A DNA stretch of 64,000 bases. Origin: a candidate division WOR-3 bacterium (GTDB lineage: Bacteria; Hydrothermota; Tepidihabitantia; SM23-42; JAOAFX01). Below, in pieces: positions 39,174 to 47,869 of the stretch. Within the stretch, counting starts at the first letter, position 1; every line of letters begins with the position of its first letter. The translations under genes were made by a program, and so were the position numbers. The notes under the pieces are model-generated. The model did not search any database. It saw only the letters and a list, made by a program, of their open reading frames with translations, and was not told where the DNA came from. The stretch lies in contig JBBINQ010000010.1 of assembly GCA_037443805.1 (NCBI GenBank), positions 172-64,171 on the forward strand, in the 5' to 3' direction.

Positions 39174-39463
39174 AGTAAAACCTCCCTTTTAAGGTTAATT
39201 TTTGTTGTAAAATATGCGGTTATTACAAAACCATCTGCTTTAGAAACTTCCTTATATATTACTGCCAGAAATTTTCTTCTTTCCATCCTTTTCAGGGCTA
39301 CAAATGCTTCGGTATAACCTTTAACTATATAATCCGGTTCTTCAATTGTATTAAGCACTAAATCATAATAACCGGCGAGGTCATCATGGTTTTCAATTAT
39401 ATGGATCCATCGCTCTTCAGGTAATCTTATCGGTATCCCATTTTTTGATTTTACTATATCCAT
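39155..39463 (-). CDS. Small protein (102 aa), possibly a DUF4258-like toxin partner of the DUF2283 gene
   Basis: The gene pair is operonic and overlapping, which is typical of DUF4258-DUF2283 modules. A sigma70-like promoter on the minus strand at 39502-39529 reads TTGACT, 16 bp, TATAAT. Confidence 0.4.
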   Translation of the reverse strand: MDIVKSKNGIPIRLPEERWIHIIENHDDLAGYYDLVLNTIEEPDYIVKGYTEAFVALKRMERRKFLAVIYKEVSKADGFVITAYFTTKINLKREVLLWKKEP

Positions 39464-39693
39464 AACTTAGCCCTAAATTTCATTATTTCTAATCATTGAT
39501 GATTATAAATAAAAATATTAAATAGTCAAGGCTGGCTTTGATCCGTTGTCAGGTAAACCCGAGCTTTATTCAGAGTTATAAAAGGGGACTCCTTCAGCAA
39601 CCTCGTATGGTAGCGTCAAAAATGTTGTGTAAATTTTATTAAGCAGCAACATCGCCTTCTTGACAAATGAATATTTTTGTATAGAATAAACCT

Positions 39694-40143
39694 GTGAAAG
39701 ATAGTGTAAAAAAATATATGTATGACCGGCTGAGGCAGATAAAAATTGAAGATGAACCTGAACCAGACATACCACCGTGCGAAGCCTGGCCCGATTTAAA
39801 AAAATGTGTTGAACTATATTTTAAAATCAGCCCACCGATGCAGCAATACCATAATGTACTTGAAAAACCACTTGAATTTGAATATACAGAAAAATTTTTA
39901 AAATCGGTTACAAAATATTGCACCACCATGCCATTGAAAAGACAGTTCATTGATGCCCTGACCAAGGTTGTTTACAAAATTCCGAGCAGTGGCTTGGGCG
40001 ATGTGCAGATTAAAGAAATGGATGACCTCTACCATTTCTATGTTTCTCTTTCATTCAGGGCATACTATCGCAAAATAAACAACAAAATTATACTTGAAAA
40101 ATTCATACCCCATAAGAAAAAAGGATTTGAACGCCATTTCTGA
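39694..40143 (+). CDS. Hypothetical protein (149 aa, GTG start)
   Basis: Open frame preceded by a TTGACA...TAGAAT promoter-like sequence. No motif recognised. Confidence 0.3.
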   Translation: MKDSVKKYMYDRLRQIKIEDEPEPDIPPCEAWPDLKKCVELYFKISPPMQQYHNVLEKPLEFEYTEKFLKSVTKYCTTMPLKRQFIDALTKVVYKIPSSGLGDVQIKEMDDLYHFYVSLSFRAYYRKINNKIILEKFIPHKKKGFERHF

Positions 40144-40182
40144 AAATCTATTATTAAAATGTAGTATGCTAATCATAAATTA

Positions 40183-41481
40183 ATGTTCTATAATTTTCTT
40201 GATATACTATACAAAAAAAGGGATGGAGGAAAACTTACAGAAAAGGAGATTGAATTTTTAATAAAGGGATATACTTCGGGCGTTATTCCTGATTATCAAT
40301 TCTCTGCCTTTTTGATGGCAGTATATTTCCAGGGTATGGACTTTACAGAAACTTCATATTTGACAAAGGCGATGCTCTTTTCTGGAGAGGTCCTTGATTT
40401 ATCCGACATAAAAAAACCAAAAGTAGACAAACATTCTACAGGTGGAGTCGGTGATAAGGTTTCATTAATTCTTGCACCACTCGTTGGTTCCTGTGGAGTT
40501 TGCATGCCAATGATTTCAGGCAGAAGTTTGGGCCATACTGGCGGAACACTTGATAAACTTGAATCTATTCCCAAATTCAAAACAGATTTGGGCATAAAAG
40601 AGTTTAAAAAACAATTAAAAGAGATTGGAATAGGAATCATTGGGCAAACCGATGATGTTGTTCCTGCGGATAAAAAAATCTATGCACTCCGTGATGTCAC
40701 TGCTACTGTAGAATCAATCCCTTTAATTTGTGCCAGCATAATGTCAAAAAAACTTGCTGAAGACCTTGATGGACTTGTTCTGGATGTAAAATTTGGCAAT
40801 GGTGCATTTATGAAAAATTATACAAAGGCAAAAGAACTGAGCCAATTTCTGGTGCAGACCGGTAAAAAATTTGGTGTCAAGACAATTGCGGTATTGACTG
40901 ATATGAATAATCCACTTGGTGCATATATTGGAAATTCGCTGGAAGTGTTAGAGACAATTGAATGTTTAAGAGGCAAAGGGACTGATGATTTAATGGAAAT
41001 TACATTAAGCCTGGCTGAAATAATTTTAAAGATTGCCGGGATAAAAGGTGGCAGACAACTACTTATAAAAAAGATCAACAATGGTGAGGCATTAAATAAA
41101 TTCAGGCAAATGATTGAATACCAGGGAGGCGATTGCAGAATAATTGACGATTATACAATCTTACCTATTGCCTCAAATCGTGAAATATACGCCTCAAAAA
41201 AGACTGGATATATACATAGCATCAATACTTTTAAACTGGGACTCCTTGCCACAAAATTGGGTGCGGGTAGATTAAAAAAAGAAGACAGGATAGACCATTC
41301 GTGTGGTTTCCGTATATATAAAAAGACCGGAGATTTTGTAAATAAAAAAGAACCCCTTTTGGAGATATTTTCTGATAATAAACACCTTGTTGCCGAAATC
41401 CTCAAAGAGATACCGGATATATTCCTGATAAAACAAAATTTTAGAAAAAAATATACACTAATTAGAGAAATTATTCGTTAA
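40183..41481 (+). CDS. Pyrimidine-nucleoside / thymidine phosphorylase
   Basis: KHSTGGVGDKVSLILAPLVGSCGVCMPMISGRSLGHTGGTLDKLESIP is the glycosyl-transferase family 3 signature. 432 aa. Confidence 0.8.
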   Translation: MFYNFLDILYKKRDGGKLTEKEIEFLIKGYTSGVIPDYQFSAFLMAVYFQGMDFTETSYLTKAMLFSGEVLDLSDIKKPKVDKHSTGGVGDKVSLILAPLVGSCGVCMPMISGRSLGHTGGTLDKLESIPKFKTDLGIKEFKKQLKEIGIGIIGQTDDVVPADKKIYALRDVTATVESIPLICASIMSKKLAEDLDGLVLDVKFGNGAFMKNYTKAKELSQFLVQTGKKFGVKTIAVLTDMNNPLGAYIGNSLEVLETIECLRGKGTDDLMEITLSLAEIILKIAGIKGGRQLLIKKINNGEALNKFRQMIEYQGGDCRIIDDYTILPIASNREIYASKKTGYIHSINTFKLGLLATKLGAGRLKKEDRIDHSCGFRIYKKTGDFVNKKEPLLEIFSDNKHLVAEILKEIPDIFLIKQNFRKKYTLIREIIR

Positions 41482-42819
41482 AAAATTATTTTCCTGGCAT
41501 AATATATCAATAAATTTATCCACAATCTGTGCATCAAATTGCTTGTCCTTTGCATTAAGCAGTTCTTTTATTGCCTCAAGTTTTGTCTTCGCAGGACGAT
41601 AGGGCCTTTCTGAAAGCATTGCATCATAGGCATCTGCGACAGCAAGAATTCTTGCGAGCAAGGGAATCTCTTCTTTTTTTAAGCCCTTTGGATACCCAGT
41701 TCCATCAACCCTTTCATGGTGGGCATAAATTATATCAAGGATATTTTGAAAGTCACTCACCTGGCTCAATATCTTCTTTCCAAGTTCAGGATGATTATAG
41801 ATAAACATACGGTCTTTTTCATTTAATGGTGCCTTTTTATTGAGGATACCATCTGGAATACCAATCTTACCAATATCATGTAAAAGGCAGGCCTGGCGTA
41901 AAATTTCAATCTGTTCGTGTTCCAGATTCAATACTCTGGCAATCCTTACTGCATATTCTGCCACCCTCATAGAGTGTCCTGCAGTATATCTATCCTTGGC
42001 ATCAATGGTCTTGGCAATAAGTTGAACAAATTCATTGAAAGTTTGGGAATTTTTTTGCAAAAGTTGCTCAACTTCGTTCAGGGATTTTCGGTAATCAGAG
42101 ATTATTTGGGAATAACTAAATAAAATAAAAGCACCAAATGATAAAGAAATTGAGAGCATGCCAATAGAGAACGGGTCTCTAAGCCAGGAAATTATTGGAA
42201 TTCCATTCAATTTTCCTGCATAGTCTAACATTCCTGAAATTATACAGAGACCAAGACCTATCGGCATAATAAAGCGGAGTTCAGGGCTTATGAGGGTGTT
42301 AGTAAACTTCATAAATTTACCATAATAATAGATACACAAAATAAAGAGTAGTGATGCGATAAGTGGATAAAACCTTCCTGTTTTTGCAATAAAAAGTCCA
42401 TTATAAACGAGTAATTTTGAGCTGATTATTAAATCTGAAAATATCGTCAAGAACCCGGTAACTATTGCGAAAGATAAAAATATAACTATTAGTTTAGAAT
42501 TTAGTTTTTCATTGGTCAGGGCGGTGACCAACATCGGTGCAAAAATAAAATACGCCCAGAAAAAAACATATTGCAATTTTGACAAAAATATACCAGCTGC
42601 CGGGTCTTTATTAAATTCAATCATTAATTGAATACCAACAGTAATTAAACCACAAACAAAGAACGGTATTACCCGGCAATACTTCCTCTCATTTTTAATA
42701 CAGACACACAAATACAATAAACCAATATTCAAAAACAACAAAATAACAAATACAGGTAGAGTAAATAGGGACGGGGTCATTTTAAGATTTAAGTCTATCC
42801 AAAAATTGGAAGATGTCAA
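41458..42819 (-). CDS. 7TM-receptor-linked HD-GYP phosphodiesterase
   Basis: The N-terminus has about 7 TM helices. The C-terminus has HDIGKIGIP...HHERVDGTGYP, the HD-GYP motif. Confidence 0.75.
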   Translation of the reverse strand: MTSSNFWIDLNLKMTPSLFTLPVFVILLFLNIGLLYLCVCIKNERKYCRVIPFFVCGLITVGIQLMIEFNKDPAAGIFLSKLQYVFFWAYFIFAPMLVTALTNEKLNSKLIVIFLSFAIVTGFLTIFSDLIISSKLLVYNGLFIAKTGRFYPLIASLLFILCIYYYGKFMKFTNTLISPELRFIMPIGLGLCIISGMLDYAGKLNGIPIISWLRDPFSIGMLSISLSFGAFILFSYSQIISDYRKSLNEVEQLLQKNSQTFNEFVQLIAKTIDAKDRYTAGHSMRVAEYAVRIARVLNLEHEQIEILRQACLLHDIGKIGIPDGILNKKAPLNEKDRMFIYNHPELGKKILSQVSDFQNILDIIYAHHERVDGTGYPKGLKKEEIPLLARILAVADAYDAMLSERPYRPAKTKLEAIKELLNAKDKQFDAQIVDKFIDILCQENNFLTNNFSN

Positions 42820-42872
42820 TACCCAGTTGACAACCTTCTAAATTTATATAAACTAATAAAAATGGAGGTTCA

Positions 42873-43415
42873 ATGATAATACTTTTGATTATCATTATCC
42901 TGCTGGTTATCTGGATCATCGCTATTTACAATAGCCTGGTCGTCAAAAGAACCAGAGTGGATAATGGTTGGGCACAGATTGATGTGCAATTAAAACGCCG
43001 CTATGACTTAATCCCTAATCTTGTTGAAACAGTAAAAGGTTATGCGGCACATGAAAAAGAGGTTCTGGAAAAGGTTGCAGAATTGCGTTCACGGGCAATG
43101 GGTGCAACAAGCCCGAAAGAGTCTGCTGAAGCAAATAATATGCTTTCTGCAACATTAAAGACCCTCTTTGCAGTTGCCGAAAACTATCCCCAACTCAAGG
43201 CAAATGAAAACTTTATGAGGTTACAGGAAGAATTGACCGCAACTGAGAATAAGATTGCCTTTGCACGGCAGTTTTATAATGATGTGGTTATGGATTACAA
43301 TGCCACGATTCAAAAATTCCCTCAGACAATAATTGCCTCAATGTTCAATTTTAAGGCAAGGGAATTCTTTGAGGCGCCGGCAGAAGAAAGGGAAGCAGTA
43401 AAAGTAAAATTCTAA
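42873..43415 (+). CDS. lemA: LemA family protein
   Basis: N-terminal TM then a conserved LemA core ([19 protein letters not shown]...[12 protein letters not shown]). Confidence 0.75.
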   Translation: MIILLIIIILLVIWIIAIYNSLVVKRTRVDNGWAQIDVQLKRRYDLIPNLVETVKGYAAHEKEVLEKVAELRSRAMGATSPKESAEANNMLSATLKTLFAVAENYPQLKANENFMRLQEELTATENKIAFARQFYNDVVMDYNATIQKFPQTIIASMFNFKAREFFEAPAEEREAVKVKF

Positions 43416-43416
43416 G

Positions 43417-44322
43417 ATGCGAGAAAATTTATACGACCTGATTGCTGCAAACAAAAGAAAGACATTTATCTTTATCATTGTCACGAGCATCTTCCTCGGC
43501 ATATTGGGTTATATTGTTGTAGAATTGATGAACTGGGGCACATCTGGTTATATTTTCTTTGCCCTCTTCATCATCATCTACAATTTTGTCCTCTACTATA
43601 ATTCTGATAAGATTGCCATCGCATCTACCGGCTCTGTTCCTGCTGACCCTGAAGAGTTCAAACAGCTCCATAATATTGTTGAAGAGGTAGCAATTGCCGC
43701 AGGCATTCCAAAGCCCAAGGTTTATATAATGCCCTCTCCTGCACCAAATGCATTTGCCACAGGAAGGAATCCCCAGAATGCATCTATTGCAGTGACTACT
43801 GGATTACTTGAGATTATGAACCGCGAAGAACTCCAGGGTGTAATTGCCCATGAAATGGCACATATTAGAAATTATGACATTCTTCTAATGACCGTGGTTG
43901 CAGCAATTGGGGGACTCATTGTGCTCTTGCGTGATTTCTTCTTAAGGGGAATGTTTTTTGGTGGAAGAAAAAGGGATAGCCGTCGGCGTGGTAATAGTGG
44001 GGCGATTCTCTTACTGGTCGGTCTTGTCCTTGCCATCATTGCACCCTTATTTGTTGCATTGATAAGGGCAGCAATATCCCGTCAGCGTGAATATCTTGCT
44101 GATGCCTCAGGTGCCTATATTACAAGGTACCCTCAGGGACTTGCCCAGGCATTAAATAAATTAAAACAGAGTTATCAGCCAATGGCAAAGGCATCACAAT
44201 CAAATGCCCACCTCTTCATCTCCAGTCCATTTGGTAAGGACCGCGCTGAGCTTGCAAACCTTTTTGCAACCCATCCACCACTTGATAAACGCATTGACCG
44301 ACTGAATAGTCTTGTAATATAA
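43417..44322 (+). CDS. htpX: M48 zinc metalloprotease HtpX homologue
   Basis: The [10 protein letters not shown] motif contains HExxH. TM segments are present. It is adjacent to lemA. Confidence 0.8.
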   Translation: MRENLYDLIAANKRKTFIFIIVTSIFLGILGYIVVELMNWGTSGYIFFALFIIIYNFVLYYNSDKIAIASTGSVPADPEEFKQLHNIVEEVAIAAGIPKPKVYIMPSPAPNAFATGRNPQNASIAVTTGLLEIMNREELQGVIAHEMAHIRNYDILLMTVVAAIGGLIVLLRDFFLRGMFFGGRKRDSRRRGNSGAILLLVGLVLAIIAPLFVALIRAAISRQREYLADASGAYITRYPQGLAQALNKLKQSYQPMAKASQSNAHLFISSPFGKDRAELANLFATHPPLDKRIDRLNSLVI

Positions 44323-44332
44323 AATAATAAAA

Positions 44333-45082
44333 ATGATTGCTCGCACTGGAACATACAGTGGAAAAAAAACATTGATATTAGTTATCACCTTGTGCACGCC
44401 CATTCTTCTAATCGCTCAATCTAATCATCCATTCCCTCCCAATGAAAGACTCCAGTATGATGCAAAATTTGGCTTTCTAAATTTGGGTAGTATGGAACTG
44501 GAAATCTCTGATACAAATACAATTGATGGAACATTGTGCTATGCCATCTCTTCCCGATTAAATTCTAACCCTGATTTACATTTTATCTTTTCCCTGAATG
44601 ATACCATAAATGTATTCACCACGGTTAATGAACTGCTACCAGTCTATTACGAAAAGAGGGTGCACGAAGGAAAGTATATTAATTACCATAAGATACATTT
44701 CTATCACGAGAGTCTTTTTGTAAAGGTAAATGATACGGTCAAAGTGGCGATAACCGAGCCATCAAGGGACCTGCTCAGTTTCTGGTATTTTTTAAGGAGG
44801 ATTGCCCTGATTCAAGGTGATACAATAAGGATTGCACTCTTTGAAGGAAAAGAACAACATATAATAGAATGCATTGTCAGGAGAAAAGAAATAGTGAAAA
44901 CACCACTTGGTAAATTTTCCGCAATTCGGGTTACGCCCCAGACCAAGGGTAAAGGTGTATTCGGTTCCAGCGGCTCAATGGATATCTGGTATACTGATGA
45001 TAGCAAAAGACTTCCTGTTCAGATAAAGACAAACCTCAAGTTCGGCACGGTAACCTTTAAGCTAACAGGAGTAAGCTATTAA
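44333..45082 (+). CDS. Secreted hypothetical protein, possibly DUF3108-like
   Basis: Signal peptide (LILVITLCTPILLIAQS) and a beta-rich sequence. No catalytic motif. Confidence 0.35.
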   Translation: MIARTGTYSGKKTLILVITLCTPILLIAQSNHPFPPNERLQYDAKFGFLNLGSMELEISDTNTIDGTLCYAISSRLNSNPDLHFIFSLNDTINVFTTVNELLPVYYEKRVHEGKYINYHKIHFYHESLFVKVNDTVKVAITEPSRDLLSFWYFLRRIALIQGDTIRIALFEGKEQHIIECIVRRKEIVKTPLGKFSAIRVTPQTKGKGVFGSSGSMDIWYTDDSKRLPVQIKTNLKFGTVTFKLTGVSY

Positions 45083-45083
45083 A

Positions 45084-46118
45084 AAATTTGCTATCATACT
45101 TGCTGGCGGACAGGGCGAAAGGTTCTGGCCACTGAGCCAACCCGATTTTCCTAAACAGTTTATTTCCCTTTTCAATAATAAGCCATTGCTCAATCAAACT
45201 ATTGACCGTATAAAAAAATCTTTCACCCAAAAGCAAAGATTTTTAGTTATACCCGAACAACTACTCAGGGTAACCAGAAAATTTGTGGGCAATGAAAATA
45301 TCATACTTGAGCCAGCAAGGAAAAATACTGCACCCGCAATATGCCTTGTGGCAATGTATTTACAGAAAAAGTTTGGGGATGGGATTATACACATTATGCC
45401 TGCTGACCACATTATAAAAAACAAAGAGCAATTTATAAAATGTCTGCGGGTCGGTGAACAGATGGCAGAAAAAGATTTTTTGGTTACCTATGGCATTATT
45501 CCAGATAGGCCTGAAACTGGATATGGTTATATCAAAACTGGCAAAGTGATTGGCTCAAGCAAAGGGATTGTTGCTTATCTGGGTGAAGGGTTTACTGAAA
45601 AACCATCAAGCAAAAAGGCAATGGTTTATCTGAAGGCAAAAAATTATCTCTGGAATAGCGGTATATTCACATACAAAATCAGCACAGTGCTGAATGAAAT
45701 CAAAAAATATATTCCCGATGTTTTCGCTGGTGTCACTGAATATCTCAAATACAAAGATAAAAAATCCTTTGAAAAGATAAACGCAATTTCTATTGATTAT
45801 GGAATTATGGAAAAGAGTGAAAGAATATGCGTGATTAAATCTGATTTTGGCTGGGATGATGTAGGAACCTGGCTTGCCCTTGAACGGTATTTTAAAAAAA
45901 ACCACAAAAATAATATCTTATTAGGTAATGCATTGGGTCTTGAAATTGAAGGCTCAATTGTATATACTAATAATATGCCAGTCAGGGTCTATGGTATTAA
46001 GGGGCTTGTGGTCGTGGCAAGCCCACAAGGTGTCCTGGTCTGTAAAAAAGAACGGGCACCAGATCTAAAAAAACTTTTTGCAGAAAATTTTGGTGATAAG
46101 AAAAAAAGGAGGTTATAA
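45084..46118 (+). CDS. manC: Mannose-1-phosphate guanylyltransferase-like nucleotidyltransferase. No canonical start codon is positioned to include the conserved N-terminus.
   Basis: In-frame FAIILAGGQGERFWPLS (45087-) carries the G-x-G-x-R nucleotide-binding loop. The first ATG is at 45186, downstream of this motif. Candidate starts ATC 45093 and ATA 45096. Confidence 0.55.
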   Translation, partial: KFAIILAGGQGERFWPLSQPDFPKQFISLFNNKPLLNQTIDRIKKSFTQKQRFLVIPEQLLRVTRKFVGNENIILEPARKNTAPAICLVAMYLQKKFGDGIIHIMPADHIIKNKEQFIKCLRVGEQMAEKDFLVTYGIIPDRPETGYGYIKTGKVIGSSKGIVAYLGEGFTEKPSSKKAMVYLKAKNYLWNSGIFTYKISTVLNEIKKYIPDVFAGVTEYLKYKDKKSFEKINAISIDYGIMEKSERICVIKSDFGWDDVGTWLALERYFKKNHKNNILLGNALGLEIEGSIVYTNNMPVRVYGIKGLVVVASPQGVLVCKKERAPDLKKLFAENFGDKKKRRL

Positions 46119-46792
46119 TGAAGAAGTTGATGATATTGGGTGTTATAATGCTCTTTCTTTTCTGCGCACCCAAAAAAACCACGGTGAAAACCGAAGGGCT
46201 GGAAGAGGTTGTTGTATTTGGTGAAGAAGAGAAAAATGTCTCTGAAGAACCAGTCTATCCTGCACCTGCACCAGCACCAACCGAATCAATAACGCCATCA
46301 CCTGAAGTTACGACCGCACCAGCTCCGGCTGAAGAGGCAGTTGCACCACTACCAATAGAAGAAGTATCAAAGGTTACGCCACCGGCAGAAGAAGTTGTAA
46401 TACCTGCACCAGCAGAAACACCACCCTTACCTCCAATTGAAGAAGTCTCTGTAGCACCAGCACCGACTCCAGCAACCACTCCATCACCCATTGAAGAGGT
46501 CAGTGCACCTGCACCCCTACCACCGGCACCCGCGACCGCAACTGCACCAACAACCGTTTATGGTTTCCGCGTTCAGATATTTGCTTCCTCAACTCAAAAA
46601 GGTGCAAATAAAGTGGCTGATGATGCCCGTAGCTTATTTGGGGGCAAAGTCTATATTGAACATACTCCACCATACTACAAAGTGCGGGTAGGTGATTGTC
46701 TGACAAAAGAAGAGGCAGAAACACTGAAAAATCTGGCAATCAACAAAGGGTTCCGTGGTGCATTTGTTGTGGAAACAATGATTACGCCTTAA
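46118..46792 (+). CDS. SPOR-domain protein with a Pro/Ala/Thr-rich repeated linker
   Basis: Signal or lipoprotein-like N-terminus (CAPKK), a repeated IEEVS...PAPAP linker, and a C-terminal SPOR fold (VYGFRVQIFASS...YKVRVGDCLTKEEAE). Confidence 0.65.
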   Translation: MKKLMILGVIMLFLFCAPKKTTVKTEGLEEVVVFGEEEKNVSEEPVYPAPAPAPTESITPSPEVTTAPAPAEEAVAPLPIEEVSKVTPPAEEVVIPAPAETPPLPPIEEVSVAPAPTPATTPSPIEEVSAPAPLPPAPATATAPTTVYGFRVQIFASSTQKGANKVADDARSLFGGKVYIEHTPPYYKVRVGDCLTKEEAETLKNLAINKGFRGAFVVETMITP

Positions 46793-46816
46793 TGATAAGT
46801 AATGCACAATAAAAAA

Positions 46817-46843
46817 GGGGCTGGAGATCTCCAGCCCCTTTTT
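46817..46843 (+). terminator. Intrinsic terminator
   Basis: GGGGCTGGAGATCTCCAGCCCC is a perfect palindrome, followed by TTTTT. Confidence 0.7.
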
Positions 46844-46850
46844 ATAACCA

Positions 46851-47423
46851 ATGACTGAAATCGTTCTCGCTACAAAGAATCCGCATAAAATTATAGAAAT
46901 TAAACAAATAATTGGTGATAAAAATATTGTTCTAATACCCTATACAAAGTTCATCAATATTGAAATACCAGAGCCAAATGAAACTCTGTTTGAAAACAGT
47001 TTTTTAAAAGCAGAAATAATATATCGGCTCACAAATAAACCGAGTTTGGCTGATGATTCAGGGCTATTTATTGACAAATTGAATGGCGCACCCGGTGTCT
47101 TTTCTTCACGATACGGAAAAGATGATAAAGAAAAAATAAATAGGGTTCTTACTGAACTTGGTAATACAAAAGATCGCCGGGCAAAATTTTGTGCAGTATT
47201 TGTTTACTACTATAAACCCAGGAAGTATGCTGTTTTTGAAGGTGAAGTTAAAGGAAGGATAACCTTTGAACCTAAGGGCGAAAATGGCTTTGGCTATGAC
47301 CCAATCTTTATTCCGGATGGTTATAGAAAAACCTTTGCAGAACTCGGCTCTGAAATTAAGAACCGTATCAGCCACCGGGCAAAGGCATTAAAAAAATTCA
47401 AAAAATATCTGAAAAGACTATAG
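46851..47423 (+). CDS. rdgB: Non-canonical purine NTP pyrophosphatase (RdgB/HAM1 family)
   Basis: IVLATKNPHKIIEIKQI...FENSFLKA...GFGYDPIF. 190 aa. Confidence 0.85.
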   Translation: MTEIVLATKNPHKIIEIKQIIGDKNIVLIPYTKFINIEIPEPNETLFENSFLKAEIIYRLTNKPSLADDSGLFIDKLNGAPGVFSSRYGKDDKEKINRVLTELGNTKDRRAKFCAVFVYYYKPRKYAVFEGEVKGRITFEPKGENGFGYDPIFIPDGYRKTFAELGSEIKNRISHRAKALKKFKKYLKRL

Positions 47424-47778
47424 CTACTGTTCGCGATTTTTCAGACAGGGAAAACACGAAGATATGTGGTTCTGATGTTGAGTGGCTGCGTAGATACAAA
47501 GATAGTAGGTAGTAAGTAGTAAGTAAGAAGTAGGAAATTGTAGATATTCAGTATCGAGTATCAATTATCCAGTATCGAGTATCAAGGAAGCATCCATGCC
47601 TTATAACCATACTGGCTGCTATGCCCTACAACCTTAGACCATTCTATTAATCGTCGTTCGTTATACCGTTTCGAAATCCGTTTGGTCAATCGTCAAGAGG
47701 TTATGGTTATATAAACAAATAACTTTGCCTTTAACCGAAACGGGCATCATTTCCATAGATCCCATAGATATTGTAGTT

Positions 47779-47801
47779 GCCTCATTTATGAGGCTTTTTT
47801 T
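47779..47801 (+). terminator. Plus-strand intrinsic terminator with no upstream CDS. It possibly terminates an unannotated small RNA.
   Basis: GCCTCAT-tt-ATGAGGC followed by TTTTTTT. Confidence 0.45.
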
Positions 47802-47869
47802 GTAGATTAGAAGATTTAATCTACGCCCAATAAATTGGCAACTAGAGTTTAGATGAATGTGGTGGACTT

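Noticed and set aside
39480-39640. Possible tRNA or small RNA between the DUF4258-like gene and the 149-aa ORF
   Set aside because: No T-loop (GTTCRANYC) or cloverleaf could be built. The region is better explained by two divergent promoters.
46255-46739. Minus-strand ORFs (78 and 79 aa) inside the SPOR gene
   Set aside because: They are antisense to a coding region with a GC-rich Ala/Pro codon repeat that opens reverse frames by composition.
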